A program made the position numbers and the translations under genes. Of a DNA stretch of 64,000 nt, positions 13,015 through 25,131 are shown piece by piece; position 1 is the first letter of the stretch, and each line of letters begins with the position of its first letter. Origin of the DNA: Antedon mediterranea (lineage: Eukaryota > Animalia > Echinodermata); the NCBI RefSeq assembly GCF_964355755.1, contig NC_092674.1, positions 15,128,001-15,192,000 of the forward strand, read 5' to 3'. Below the pieces are notes generated by a model. That model had not been told where the DNA came from, searched no databases, and saw nothing but the letters and a program-made list of their open reading frames with translations.

Positions 13015-13880
13015 AATGTATGAAAATATTCTTCCAGCGATGGCGGTTCAAGTTCAAAATAGGCAGATGTATTGTTCTTATACACACATGTATGTGCATT
13101 TGTAAGTATGTAAACAATGTACATTGCCAAATGCACTCAATTGCACTTTCTGAGACTTCTTATAGTCTTTAAATTCCAAATAGCCATTCAACACTATTTC
13201 TGACTTTGGACATTGCCGCGTTGAAGGCCACTTGTTCTGGTGTTATCCGTAACGTCGGGAAAGGTGCTTGCAATTGCGGGCGCAATGGGTACGCAGGATC
13301 ACCATACATGCACAATACATTTCCCTGTGGATCATGTGACCTGGCCTCAAGCTCTGTCAACAGACCCGATTCACGAAGGAGAAATGCATCATGTCTCCTC
13401 CCTTCCACAAGTCCATATAGGTGAGCTATGAGGCCATTGGGAGCTCTCACTGACTGGAATTTCATGGCATGAATTCTTTTGTGACCATTATACTTGTTGA
13501 TGCCGATTTGGTCAGCATATTGGCCTTACGGTTCCATCAACGAACCCCCAACAGTTCCTCAAAGCAGCACCCTTTGTGTGTGTTGCCTCAGCAAATTCCT
13601 GTAAATGTTGTGGGGATAACCATGGCTGATCCAAGGATGAGATTTGATGTCTATGAATGTCGAAGATGTAGTTGGTCATCCACTTAAACGCCAAGTAAAG
13701 CTGTGGTACTGAACGTCCATAGTCCTTGATAAGATCTCCATATCTCCAAGGATATGCATACCTTTGGAGTGTGATGCACAAAGCCTCAAGTCCATCAATT
13801 TTCGACTTATTCTCCAGAATTACAGTTGGTGGCACCCCCAAAGCATGTTTCAGCCGGTAGATATCATTTTTCTGGAATCT
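13015..13880 (-). pseudogene. PIF/Harbinger transposase (second element), frameshifted
   Basis: GLEALCITLQRYAYP, CWGFVDGTVRPIC, KFQSV..PNGLIAHLYG..EGRRHDA, YGDPAYP, MSKVRNSVEWLFG and C-terminal PPSLEEYF; convergent with the Myb gene. Confidence 0.9.
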
Positions 13881-14329
13881 AAGGGAAATAATAATACACA
13901 GTATATTTTAAATCTCATAAAGGACAACCAATTGGCAACGCAATTGCTTTGATAAGGATAAAATACCTGGACTGTTAAGCTGCCTGAATCTGTGTGACAA
14001 AATTATGATGACAATGTTGATCAATTATTGGCAGTACATGAGATAAATGAAGAGAAATGATGCTTCAAAGATTCATGGCTTGCCCTATGAAACTAGCAGG
14101 GTTTAAAAGAAAACGCTGATCTAAAAATTTATTAATATGCGTCGCTCCAGCCGAATCAGAAAAACCGCAGCAGCTACTCTGTGATCCTAATTTTGAAGAG
14201 CTATCGAATCCTGATAAATATCCTGGTGACAAGAATGCTCTAACAGCTGACAGCTCCACGAAAATACTTCAATCAAAGTCTATTTTCAGACTGTATTCTA
14301 TGATGTGTTAGCAATCCAAGGTGCATCCG

Positions 14330-14690
14330 CTGGGTGAGATTATGACTATGTTATTCGTATTGAATTTCAGGCTCGAGGGTCTCCCCATGTGCATACATTA
14401 CTTTGGGTTAAAAATGCACCTAAACTTGGCTTGAACTCAGATGAGGAAATATGTCAGTTTAATGTCACTTGTGATGCTTCTGATGAAAACAATTCATTTG
14501 CAAATCTGGTGCAACGGGTGCAAACACATTCACATTCTTCTTACTGTCGGAAAAAGGGTTCGTGTCGTTTTAACTTCCCACAAGCTCCTAGTTTGCAGAC
14601 AGTTGTGGCAAGAGAACCAGTTGATGACGAAAATGTGGCTGAAATACAGTATGAATCAAAGCAGACGTGGAAGAAGATGAGTAACTAAAC
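14330..14690 (+). pseudogene. Helitron/Helentron Rep (HUH) domain fragment
   Basis: RIEFQARGSPHVHTLLWVKNAP (HUH motif) followed by QTHSHSSYCRK..CRFNFP. Confidence 0.85.
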
Positions 14691-15589
14691 AAACAATTAA
14701 ATCAGACATGATCAGAACAAGTAGGACAAAAATTGCATCGAAACAGATGACAAGAATTTAAAACAGTGTCAATAAAAAGTTGATCTTTCGAGGAATGATT
14801 TAACAACATGTGACAAGTTAACTAGCAATTACAAAAGCAGAATAGCTGTACCATTTTTATTTATAAATTTTTCACAAAAATGGTAGGTCTATATCCGTAG
14901 TAATTAGGTTTGTACTAGTAGTTAGTTTGATAGCCCTTTAAATTTTAGTAAAATTAAGGTGTTTTTTTTTACCTTTTTTCTAGGCCATTTTTGTGTCTCA
15001 CAGTGGTTGTAACATTGGAGAGGTGATAGGCCTTTAGTGAGTCTAGACCATACCAATTCCACTAATATCGCGTTCTAGCGTCATTTGAGGCCATTTTAAT
15101 AAGATTTAGGGTAGCCACTTTTTCCATTTTTTATAATACATAAATAAAATACTGCGTGCAAAAACACGATGCGCGATGATTCGACTGTTTCAATCCATAT
15201 TTTTCAATTAAAAAAAAAAAAGTTCAAAATATGCCTATATTTATCGGGTAAATTATAGCTTAGAAAAATTAATATACGCAAACGTAAAGCGTAGGCTACC
15301 CACAGGCGAAGAGGTGTGCCTATATTGTTTATCGCATAGGCGTATGCTTGTTGCTGTCTGGGGGTGCAAAAATGGTCATTTTGAAAAATAGAGCTGCTAG
15401 GTCCCCGGAAGTTGCAATTAATTTATATACATATTAATGATACTGTAATGATTTTGGGGTTGAAGAAAAGATAGAGGGCGGCAGATGGAGGCAGAGTCAG
15501 GCAGGAGGAGAAGCAGAGAACGGACGTGAGAAAATGGGCAGAGAGGGATTGGAGAAGGAAGGCAATGGAGGGTTACCTCGAGCTGCGTT

Positions 15590-17240
15590 AATCAACTTAC
15601 CCACCAGAATAACATCGTCTTCTGCTACAATTTTAGATAATATTATTACAAATGATGATAACATTTCGCATTGTGGAGTAATAGTCACTGACATTACCGA
15701 TCATCTACCCATACAACACACTTGTCATTAAATACCAATACATCATATAACCTATTTATTATAAAACTATCCAATCTCATAGATAATAACATACCTACAA
15801 AAAGTAATAAGCCAAATGGTAATACAAAGAAAAACCCATGGATCACAACAGGAATTTTGATTTCAATAAAAAAGAAAAATAAACTTTATAAAAAATACCT
15901 TAAAAACCCAACAAAATTATTAAAAAATATATATAAAAAGTACAAAAATAAATTAACTCATTTAATTAGAATTCGGAAAAAACAATATTATTCCAAAAAA
16001 CTGGATGCAGCTCGACACGATTCAAAGCAAACATGGAAAGTTTTAAATGAAGTTCTAAATAGAAAAAAATCGAGTGTTAAGCCAAATGAGGTAATTAACC
16101 ATAGTAATAAAACTTTGGTATGTGATCCAAAAGGTATGTCTGACGCTTTTAATGACTTCTTCTCCAACACTGGAAGAATTAGCAAACAAAATACCAAATG
16201 TAAACAATTCTGACTTTAAACAATATATGAAAGAGAGTCAATCCCAATCCATATTTTTCAATCCAAAAGAGGTCACATAACATAAGTAATCGGATTCTAA
16301 AACATATTATTGCTGCTGTGGCATCTCCTCTTGTACATATCTTTAACCTCTCTCTTGAGACAGGCATGGTCCCTGATAGTATGAAAGTAGCTAGAGTAGT
16401 TCCAATTTTTAAATCTGGCAATAAAAATGACGTCAGTAATTATAGGCCGATCTCTATTCTGCCTACCGCTTCAAAAATTCTTGAAAAAATTGTTCAAATT
16501 AGAGTAAATAATTATATCACAAAGTTTAACATCCTTAATAATGCACAATATGGTTTCAGAAAAAACAGTTCTACTTTTATGGCTGTTATAGATCTGGTTG
16601 AACGAATAACCGATGCGCTTGATAAGAAAAAAAATACCATCGGAATATTTATTGATTTGTCAAAAGCGTTTGACACCATCAACCATGATGTATTTAATTG
16701 CTCAAACTCGTTATCTTTTGTTTTATTTGCTGACGACACAAACATATCTGCATCTCACGAAAACTTGGATACGCTCATAGAACTAGTTAATGGTGAACTA
16801 AAAAATGTTTCGGATTGGTTCATGTGCAATAAACTATCAATCAACGTTAAAAAAACTAATTACATAATTTTCCGCAATCAGCGAATCCAAGTAATTTAGA
16901 GAATGTAAATATTTATGTCAACAATAAAAGAATAGATAGAGTTAAATCGACTAAATTCCTTGGAGTACATATTGATGAATTTCTCACATATAAGAACCAC
17001 ATCAATGTTAAACTCCAGAAAAGGGCATTACGAGCTATAACAGGTCAAAGTTTAATGATTCAATGACTGAATGTTTCTATAAATTTAAACTACTTAAAAT
17101 TGCGGATATCAATAAGTACCAAATTGGGCTTTTCATGTATAATGTTACTACTAATCAGGACGTGCGTTTTTCATCGCTCTTTATTAAAAATGGTTCTTAC
17201 CATAATTATAATACAAGATCTAAAGACAAAATGAGACTCA
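15590..17240 (+). mobile_element. CR1/L2-group LINE relic with large internal deletions
   Basis: PTRITSSSATILDNIIT and DITDHLPI (APE end), KNPWITTGI, NYRPISILP, QYGFRK, IDLSKAFDTINH fused directly to LFADDT, and YNTR at the 3' end. Confidence 0.9.
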
Positions 17241-17299
17241 ACCAAAATCTTCCCATGCCGATGCCTTTGAGTGACCACTTAGATATGAGGTAGTATCGC

Positions 17300-17663
17300 A
17301 TCCAGTAATAGTGTGGAATGGAATCAGTGCTTTTGCAGAACCCTCGGGCAAGGCTTGAATCTACTTTCTTTTTTTGGATGTCCATGTCATCATCCATATA
17401 TCTTTGGATACCATGCTTTGGTAGTGAGACACTAGAATCACTAGTACGTCTGAATCCTTAGAAGCAACTACAACTGTGTTGTATCGGACATTGGAAGCAT
17501 GAAGAACAAGTCGCGTGTCCGCTTCTTCATGATCTGCGACCAGAGACATGAAGAACAAGTCGCGTGTCCGCTTCTTCATGATCTGCGACCAGAGACAACG
17601 TATTCGTGTAGACTTTTGATGATTTAACAACTGATTCTTCCATAAATCCAACAGCTGTGACAA
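17300..17663 (-). pseudogene. Fragment of a HEEADTR-motif (PIN/XPG-like) protein of repeat origin
   Basis: DHEEADTRLVLHA...VVASKDSDVLVILV; contains an internal 49-bp tandem duplication at 17498-17595. Confidence 0.6.
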
Positions 17664-19707
17664 TTTCTTTGTCTATAGGAGCTTGATGAATCAACTCCTC
17701 TGATAGAAATCGTTTACTGATTTCTGAAAAATTGGAAGATGATAAAATTAATGATGCAATTGATAAATACTCATCCCGTGTGATGAATTTTGTATGGAGT
17801 GTTAAAGCCCGCCCTCTATGGACAAGAAAGTTTTGTCCACGTTTTTACGCTTTTTTGAAGATTGTCTGGCAAGTAATACGATTTCTCCATTTTTACATTT
17901 ATTATGCCATCCTTAAAACAACCAATTAAATAATTAATTATTGTACCATCTAGGTCGTGCCCACAGATGGTTCTCGAATACATAATAATGTCAGCGTTAA
18001 AAAAACTGGCGATTTCAAATGTACGTACCGCAGGACAATAATACATGTCGTTTACAGGAACGAATAAATAGACACTGTGATTTATGTACTCAACTAAAAT
18101 TAGCACTCTGGGAATTACTTCAGATAGAGAAACTTGTCACAAAATGAGACCAATTGTTTAAGTCAAATTTAAACAAACTTAATTTGTGTTTTGTATGTAA
18201 CATTAGGGTTGAGGGGTGGGGAAGAGGATGGGTGCAAAGAGGAACAATTTTTAAATATATTCTTTATCCATAGTAACGAAATATTAATTGTTTTCATGTT
18301 TTACAAATAATATACCACTACACACAGTAAAACATTGCGATTTAATACTTTGTTGAAACTATCACCGTCCTAGTCGATTGAAATAGTACAGTGCATGTAA
18401 CGATACATCACTACGACGTGTATATGTTTATATAATGTAAAACAATTTGTGAAAACCACCTCTATTCGGGGAAAATCATAAATTCGATTTAATCGTCAAT
18501 AAATATTAAAAATTAATTATCTAACTCAACTTAATTAGTAGGCCTAATGGTTTTCAATTGTTTCTTAGAGCCAACTCATACTTAAGTTGGTTCCTACCCT
18601 ACCCACCAAAGTTGTTCTGCGTTTAGGGCATGTGATGTACCGTAGGCCTATCCTCTACTGGTTTTACAACGCTACTCATGCCAGTGAGGGAAGGGTGATG
18701 ATGTGGGTGGTTTAACTGCAATAATAAAGATGTATACATAATATACGGCGAGTGAAAACGCCAGCACATTATCCGTTTAAAAAAATTTATATCCAACCTC
18801 TGCAGCACAGATTGAAAGAAAAAATGGATCGAATTTCTGTTATGAGTATACAGTACTTGCCTTTACGACGCCTGAGGGAATAGACGCTTGTGGAACAGAG
18901 ATTGGAATGTTCCATTCATCGCAAATCAATACATTTGTATAAACGTATATTAAATCTATCAAAATAGCATTTTTTAAAGAAAATCGGCCTGTCTTCAACA
19001 TTATGATACTGTACTCTAGCTGTTCAACCGGTTTTTAAAATCAATTATCGTAGGAGGAGATAGGAAAATGCGAAGCCTCCTCGCATTTTTGTGGCGGGTA
19101 TTTTTCAAGATGGACATCCATTAGACAGTGTATACCACGATCGGAAAACACTCCGATTTGGGGCAAATCGTTGAACCTAAATTCGTTTTAATCGTCAATA
19201 ACTAATTATCTAACTTAATTTAATTAGTAAACAGGGTTACATTAGGTGGTTAAAATCAGTACCGAAAGTACGAACCAACTTTATATACCATCGAGTAAAA
19301 ATTCTAGAAGTAAGGCGCGATTTACCGAATTTTGCCCTTACGTAAATTTATATATAGATGTACAATAATTTAATGGTGCACATACTGTATATACAGTTTC
19401 AAAGACAAGTTATATTGTTCTTGAACATAAACTTTAGCTCCAGATATTCTTTATTGTGGAATTAATTTCTATATTTTGTTTCTAATATGTTCATCAATTT
19501 AAAAAAGACAGAGATAATATAACAGTATCTGAAGATATTTTACTGATTTTCTTGTTTAATGATAGGGCATGTGGTGGATGAACACCAGTGAGCCTTAGCA
19601 TACAGTGATGTTGGTGCAGCCTCCTGTAGTCATGGACCTCTTGAGAGCGAGAGACAAAAGAGATGGATGACAATGGGTCAATTAGAGGCTGTAAAGATGA
19701 CACCACT

Positions 19708-19889
19708 AGATTACAATTAAGAGAGATTATTCTAGGAAGTGATAAACCCTTTTTAGATTTTGTAATGATATTCGTATCTTATTCCCCAATAGAGAAGGTA
19801 AAGATTACAATTAAGAGAGATTATTCTAGGAAGTGATAAACCCTTTTTAGATTTTGTAATGATATTCGTATCTTATTCCCCAATAGAGA
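19708..19889 (+). repeat. 88-bp direct duplication next to the SINE 5' end
   Basis: agattacaattaagagag...ccccaatagaga at 19708-19795 and 19802-19889. Confidence 0.9.
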
Positions 19890-19895
19890 GTCATA

Positions 19896-20238
19896 GCGAG
19901 CGAGTCATATGGCCGAGCGGTTAAGGCAGGGGCGCCGTTTACCGTACCTAAAGAGCCAACAACAACATCGGCAAGGGTTCGAGGCCGACTCGCTCCTAGT
20001 TCTGGTGGTGGAACAAGTCTTCTCGGATAAGGACTATAAACCGTAGGTCCAGTGTACACAGTTATAGAACCCAGTTCATTATTCGAAAAAGAGTAGGGGG
20101 TTACCCCGGTGAACTGGTTCACACAATAACCCCTGTATCAGGGGGATTACCACCTATCTGATAGGACAGTGATTAATTCACTATTGGTAATCCTTGGCCA
20201 CATTGCCTAAAGACATAAAATAAAAATAAAATAAATAA
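19896..20238 (+). mobile_element. tRNA-derived SINE with a Deu/Nin-like core
   Basis: A box tggccgagcggttaagg; B box ggttcgaggcc; core ctcggataaggactataaaccgtaggtcc...aagagtagggggttaccccgg; A-rich (TAAAA)n tail. Confidence 0.8.
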
Positions 20239-21049
20239 AGAATTAGTCCAGAATGTATTGCAAACAGCAACTACTACAATGTCAAGTGATATTGCAGTGG
20301 TTCACCAAATCTGACTGTTAACATACTTGATAGTTATATACATGTTCAAAATTGCAGTGAGCTACCCATAGATGTGGTGAACGTATCCAGCCATGTAATA
20401 AATCTATTGGAGATCGATGCATCGTTAAAGGGCTTATGAGCGTGTTTATCGTAGTATGGTCAGGATGGCAAGATTTGTCCCATAGCATTTGCTAACTCCA
20501 TGGAATTGGTTAATGAAACATTAATAAGAACAATAGTAATGCGCATAAAATTGATGAAAAATCGCAATTGGGTAGAAAAATGGCAAGTAATTTTCAGATT
20601 GGTGATCATGTTCTCCTTAAACAGATGGCATTCAAAACTAGACATAAGTTAAATGATAAATTTTACAAATAACAATATACTGTTTACAGTACTTCCATGC
20701 ATCATGGTAGCTAAGCCCAATACTCGCTCTTCTGAATTTTAACAATTTCTTAAAATGTCGCTGAAATCGCTAATAATAGAAGGGCAGAAAAAAAAAAAAG
20801 AACTAAGCCAGGCATTTGAACATAATTCGGCAAGAATATTAATAGTGGAACAAGCCTTGAATGCCAAGGCTGATCAACTAACTGGTACTGGTACTGGTTC
20901 AAATAACCATCTCACAGAGACATCTGGTAGCCATTGACTTAAAGTTGGCATTTGGATGTGTTACTTTTAAATGTACAGTACGAGAGTGACTACTACCAAA
21001 TTGCACAGTCACAAAACAACTTATAAAACAGTTCATATATACAGTTAAA

Positions 21050-22273
21050 ACATTGCTGGGAATTATAAATTTCTGTTGAAGCAGGCTCCAATGAAGTTGC
21101 ATCTAGTAAGTTGACTTTGTTGTACAACTCTATCAAATACTGATGGTATCTTCCGACCTCTTCGTTTATTTTGTGTTGTGTGAAAAGTAAGAATTTTTGT
21201 AGGATCTTCATTTTTTTTCTAATTACATGTCCGATCCAGTTGAATTGTTGCTTGTATAGACATATTCTTCTAGCGGTTGACAGCCAGTAATTTTGTAGAG
21301 ATCGTCATTATCAATTACGTAACGCCAGTCTATATAGTTTTCATCTGTTTCTTCATCTGAGGATATGTCTACATGGTTTGGTGGGCAGACCCTTTGAAAG
21401 CCATTCACTAGAATTCTTCTTAGGAAGGTTTTGTATGTTGTGCTAAGTTTGGACATTTCACTTCCTGTTGCCCTCCAAGCATGGCAACCATAGGTGAGTC
21501 TACTCCTAACTAGACCATTAAGAAACATCATTCTTGTTTGTAGGTGGATTGTTCTGTTGGTAAGCAATGCCCTATTCTCTGCAAATGCTCCTTTGGCTGA
21601 ATTGATTCTGTATTTTACTTCTTGATCTCCAATATGAACATCATTGTAGGTAGCCAATACACCAAGGTATCTAAAGTGTGTTACGTTGTTAATGTGTACG
21701 CCGCCAATTTGTATGATGCATCTTGGGTATTCTTCAACTTCCTCTTTCCAGTTCCATATAATGGTTTCTGTTTTGGGGGCACTAATTCTTAGACCAAATT
21801 CCAGACAAACTTTATTCAAGATGTTCACAATGGTTTGCAGTTCTTCTTGTGACCAGGAGCTTACAGCAAAGTCGTCAGCATAGCCACTTTCAAAGTCGTC
21901 ATAGATGCCCCTTGATGGTGCTTTACATCTTTGAGCACGATTTGTAGCTTCAATAGGAATTAGGTATTGTATCATTAGGCCATCTAAACTAGCATCTTTA
22001 CAGCGTTGTAACCAATCAAAATATTGGTTAAACATGCTGTCACCCTGTCGCACCAGAAGATGTTTCGAACTTATCATCACTTGGATCGTCGTCAGCAAGG
22101 TATGCTTTCGTTGAGCTGCTGTACAGTGATTGTATTATGTCAATCATAGTAGTAGACTGGTTTAAGTGAAACCTATTACGAACGCTTAGGAAAAGAAGAT
22201 TACGATTCACATGGGCGAATGCTGCTGTTAAATCAATGAAGCATGTATAGAGTTTGTTTCCCTCTGTTGGACC
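21050..22273 (-). mobile_element. RTE-like LINE, 3' part (RT and C-terminus)
   Basis: CFIDLTAAF, YADDFA, FRYLG, LTYGCHAW and WIGHVIR; continues the 5' part across the Gypsy insertion. Confidence 0.85.
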
Positions 22274-22439
22274 TTTAATGATTGTCAGACACGTTTTACT
22301 GATTATTTTGATGTTTAATATATATCTATTAATTGGTATTATTTTCAAACATGGCGTTGTATTAGAACTGCCCTTAGTGCGCAGTAGCGTTACTATGGTT
22401 ATATGGTTGGGGGCAGCATACACATATGATATTACTACA
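22274..22439 (-). repeat. 3' LTR (166 bp)
   Basis: Matches 26867-27031 apart from one substitution and one G indel seen by eye. Confidence 0.95.
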
Positions 22440-22456
22440 TCCCCCTGTTTTTTTAT
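22440..22456 (-). other. Polypurine tract
   Basis: Minus strand aaaaaaacaggggga lies immediately before the 3' LTR TGTAG. Confidence 0.85.
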
Positions 22457-22673
22457 AACAGTATAATATGGTTAATAATAGCTAAGAGTTATTTATTTCG
22501 GTGTCCGTAATTGTCTAAAAAGTTCCAAACTGTATTAACTATAAACGTTCAAATGTTCAAAAATAAAAACTTCAAAAACACAACTTGTTTCATAACTTCC
22601 TAGAACTGCAACTTTAACAATCAGTGGTATTGAACATACATTTTAAACTTGTAGATCACGTTACAGTCCAAAA

Positions 22674-25131
22674 TCACTCTTTTGTTTCAATTAAACGCGT
22701 AGGAGGTTTCACACTTCTCTTAGAGCGCGTGTTACTCATATTCAGAATAGACGGATTTTGGTCTATCGGTTGCCAGGTTGGTACAACATTCTCAGGTGCT
22801 GTGCTACCATTGATTTGGGCATTCTGTTGAGGTACCTTCCTCAAATGTACGCGATTTCGTCTCAGCAGATTTCCATTTTCCGCTTGTATAATATATGATC
22901 TTGGTTGGACACACTTTTCCACAGTCGTCGCAGGTTTCCATTGCTTTGTGGACTTATCATAAACTCGAACATTGCTTCCATCAGGAATAGGTGGGAGTTC
23001 ATGAGTGTTTTTATCTGCATATTCTTTTTGCCGCTGCGTAGCTTGTTGCAGTTTTCTACAATATTCTTCTTGTTGCAAGTTGTTTGCTGCTTGACGACTT
23101 GGTGTTAATGTTGGTATAGGTCGATTAAACATCAGTTCAGCCGGACTTGGTACACCTGTGTCCAATGGTGTAGCTCTAACATTCAATAGTGCTTTGTTAA
23201 TATCTCCGCCGGTTTTTAAACATTTTTTTATGATGGGTTTTATGTAACGAACTTGTCGCTCAATGAACCCGTTTGACTGAGGATCTCCTGGGCTACTCGT
23301 GGTATGATCAATGCCCCATTCAGCGCAAAATTCATCATACTCTCGCTGGAATTGAGGACCATTATCGGAGAATATTTCCAAATAAACTTAGTACCTCCTT
23401 TGTTGTGTTAATTACAGATCGTGCAGTTGTAGATCCAAGTAGTTTTACAACAGGGTATCTGCTGTAGTAGTCGCTGATTAGAAGAAAGTTCTTTTTTCCA
23501 ATCTCAAATAAATCAGTCCCGAGCTTTATCCATGGTTTAGAGGGTTTTTCATGCATAATCATAGGTTGCTTTGCTTGTTGTGGTTGATATTCCTGACAAA
23601 TCTGACAGTTCTGGCAAATTTCATCGATGTCTGTGTTTATTTTCGGCCAGTATACGCTTTCACGAGCCAGCTTTCGTGTCTTTTCCACACCTTGGTGTGA
23701 TTCGTGAAGTTGCTTTAGAATATCGTTTCTCATCATTTCTGGAATTATAATCTGTCTTCCTTTGAATATGACTCCATCTTCTATTGCAAGTTGATCTCGG
23801 TAACTCCAAAAATTTCGAAGTTCTGTTGGCAATTCCTTCATTTCATTTGGCCATCCAGTATAAATAACTTGGCTAAGACAATGAAGTGTTCTGTCACGCT
23901 CAGTTTCCTCTCTTAGTTGCTTTCTTTTGCTTGGTGAGAAGTTTATGAGGTCAATGTGTACAGAATCTACACTTATTGCCAATTCAATGTCCTTATTGTT
24001 TTCTGTGTTCGGAAGTCTAGAGAGTGCGTCCGATACGATCATCTGCGAACCTGGTCTATATTTTAGATCAAAATCGTATCCCATTATCTTGACTAGCATT
24101 CTCTGCAATCTGGGTGGTGCCGCACACAATGGTTTCTTCACTATCACTTCGAGTGGTTTGTGATCAGTAATTATTTCAAATTTTCGTCCAAAAAGGTAGT
24201 GGTGAAATCTCTCGATGCCATGAACTACACCAAGACATTCACGTTCAATATTACTGTAATTTGATTGCGTCGGCGTTAGTGTTTTACTAGCAAATGCGAT
24301 TGGACGATTATCCTGCATCAATGTAGCACCTAAACCTCTGCCTGAAGCGTCAACTTCCAAAGTCACTGGCTTTGTCTGGTCGTAGTAGTTTAAACATACG
24401 CCGTCTGCGACCGCTTGCTTAACCGCTTTGTAACTCTTTTGGTAATTTTCGTCCCAATCAAATGGAACATCTTCCTTTAGAAGGTCACGTAAACTTGCCA
24501 GTTTATTAGACAAGTTAGGAATATGGTTTGACATAAATGTAACCATGCCAATAAAGCGTTGAAGTTCTCGCTTGTCACGAGGTTCTGGCATTTCATAAAT
24601 ATCCTCTATCTTCTCTGGATCAGGTAGGATACCTTCGTCTGTGTATATGCGTCCAAAGAAATTAATTCTGTTTGTCTTTACCAGGCATTTTTTAGAGTTA
24701 AGAGCAAGGCCATAGTCCTTTGCCAATTTCATGAATTCTAACAGGTTTCGGTCATGTTCATGTTCGGATGTACCATACACAATAATATCGTCTGCTATAC
24801 CTACTGCACCTTCGCATTTGTCTAAAAGTTCTCCAATTTTCTCTTGAAATTCGTCTTGGGAGCTCGCTAAGCCATATGGAAGTCGCGTAAAACAATAGCG
24901 ACCGAAAGGCGTTCGGAAAGTTGTGAGCAGTTGTGACTTGTCTGCAAGTTTCACGCTCCAATATGCTGCCTTCGCATCAAGCTTGGTGAAGAATTTAGCC
25001 TTAGCAAAGTTTGGGTTTAATTCTTCCACAGTAGGGATTTTTCTTGGGCATCTTTTCAGAGCTGCGTTTAATCGTCGGGGATCGAGGCAAACACGTAGAC
25101 TACCATCGCTTTTCGTTACATATGTGAGCAC
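22674..25131 (-). pseudogene. pol: Pol: RT, RNase H and integrase; frameshift near 23370
   Basis: LDAKAAYW, IADDII, VDASGRGLGA, YSNIERE, TDHKPL, HESHQG..CQIC, SDNGPQF and PQSNGFIER. Confidence 0.93.

Noticed and set aside
19896-19995. Possible tRNA gene
   Set aside because: It has A and B boxes but no proper cloverleaf, and it continues into a SINE core and A-rich tail.
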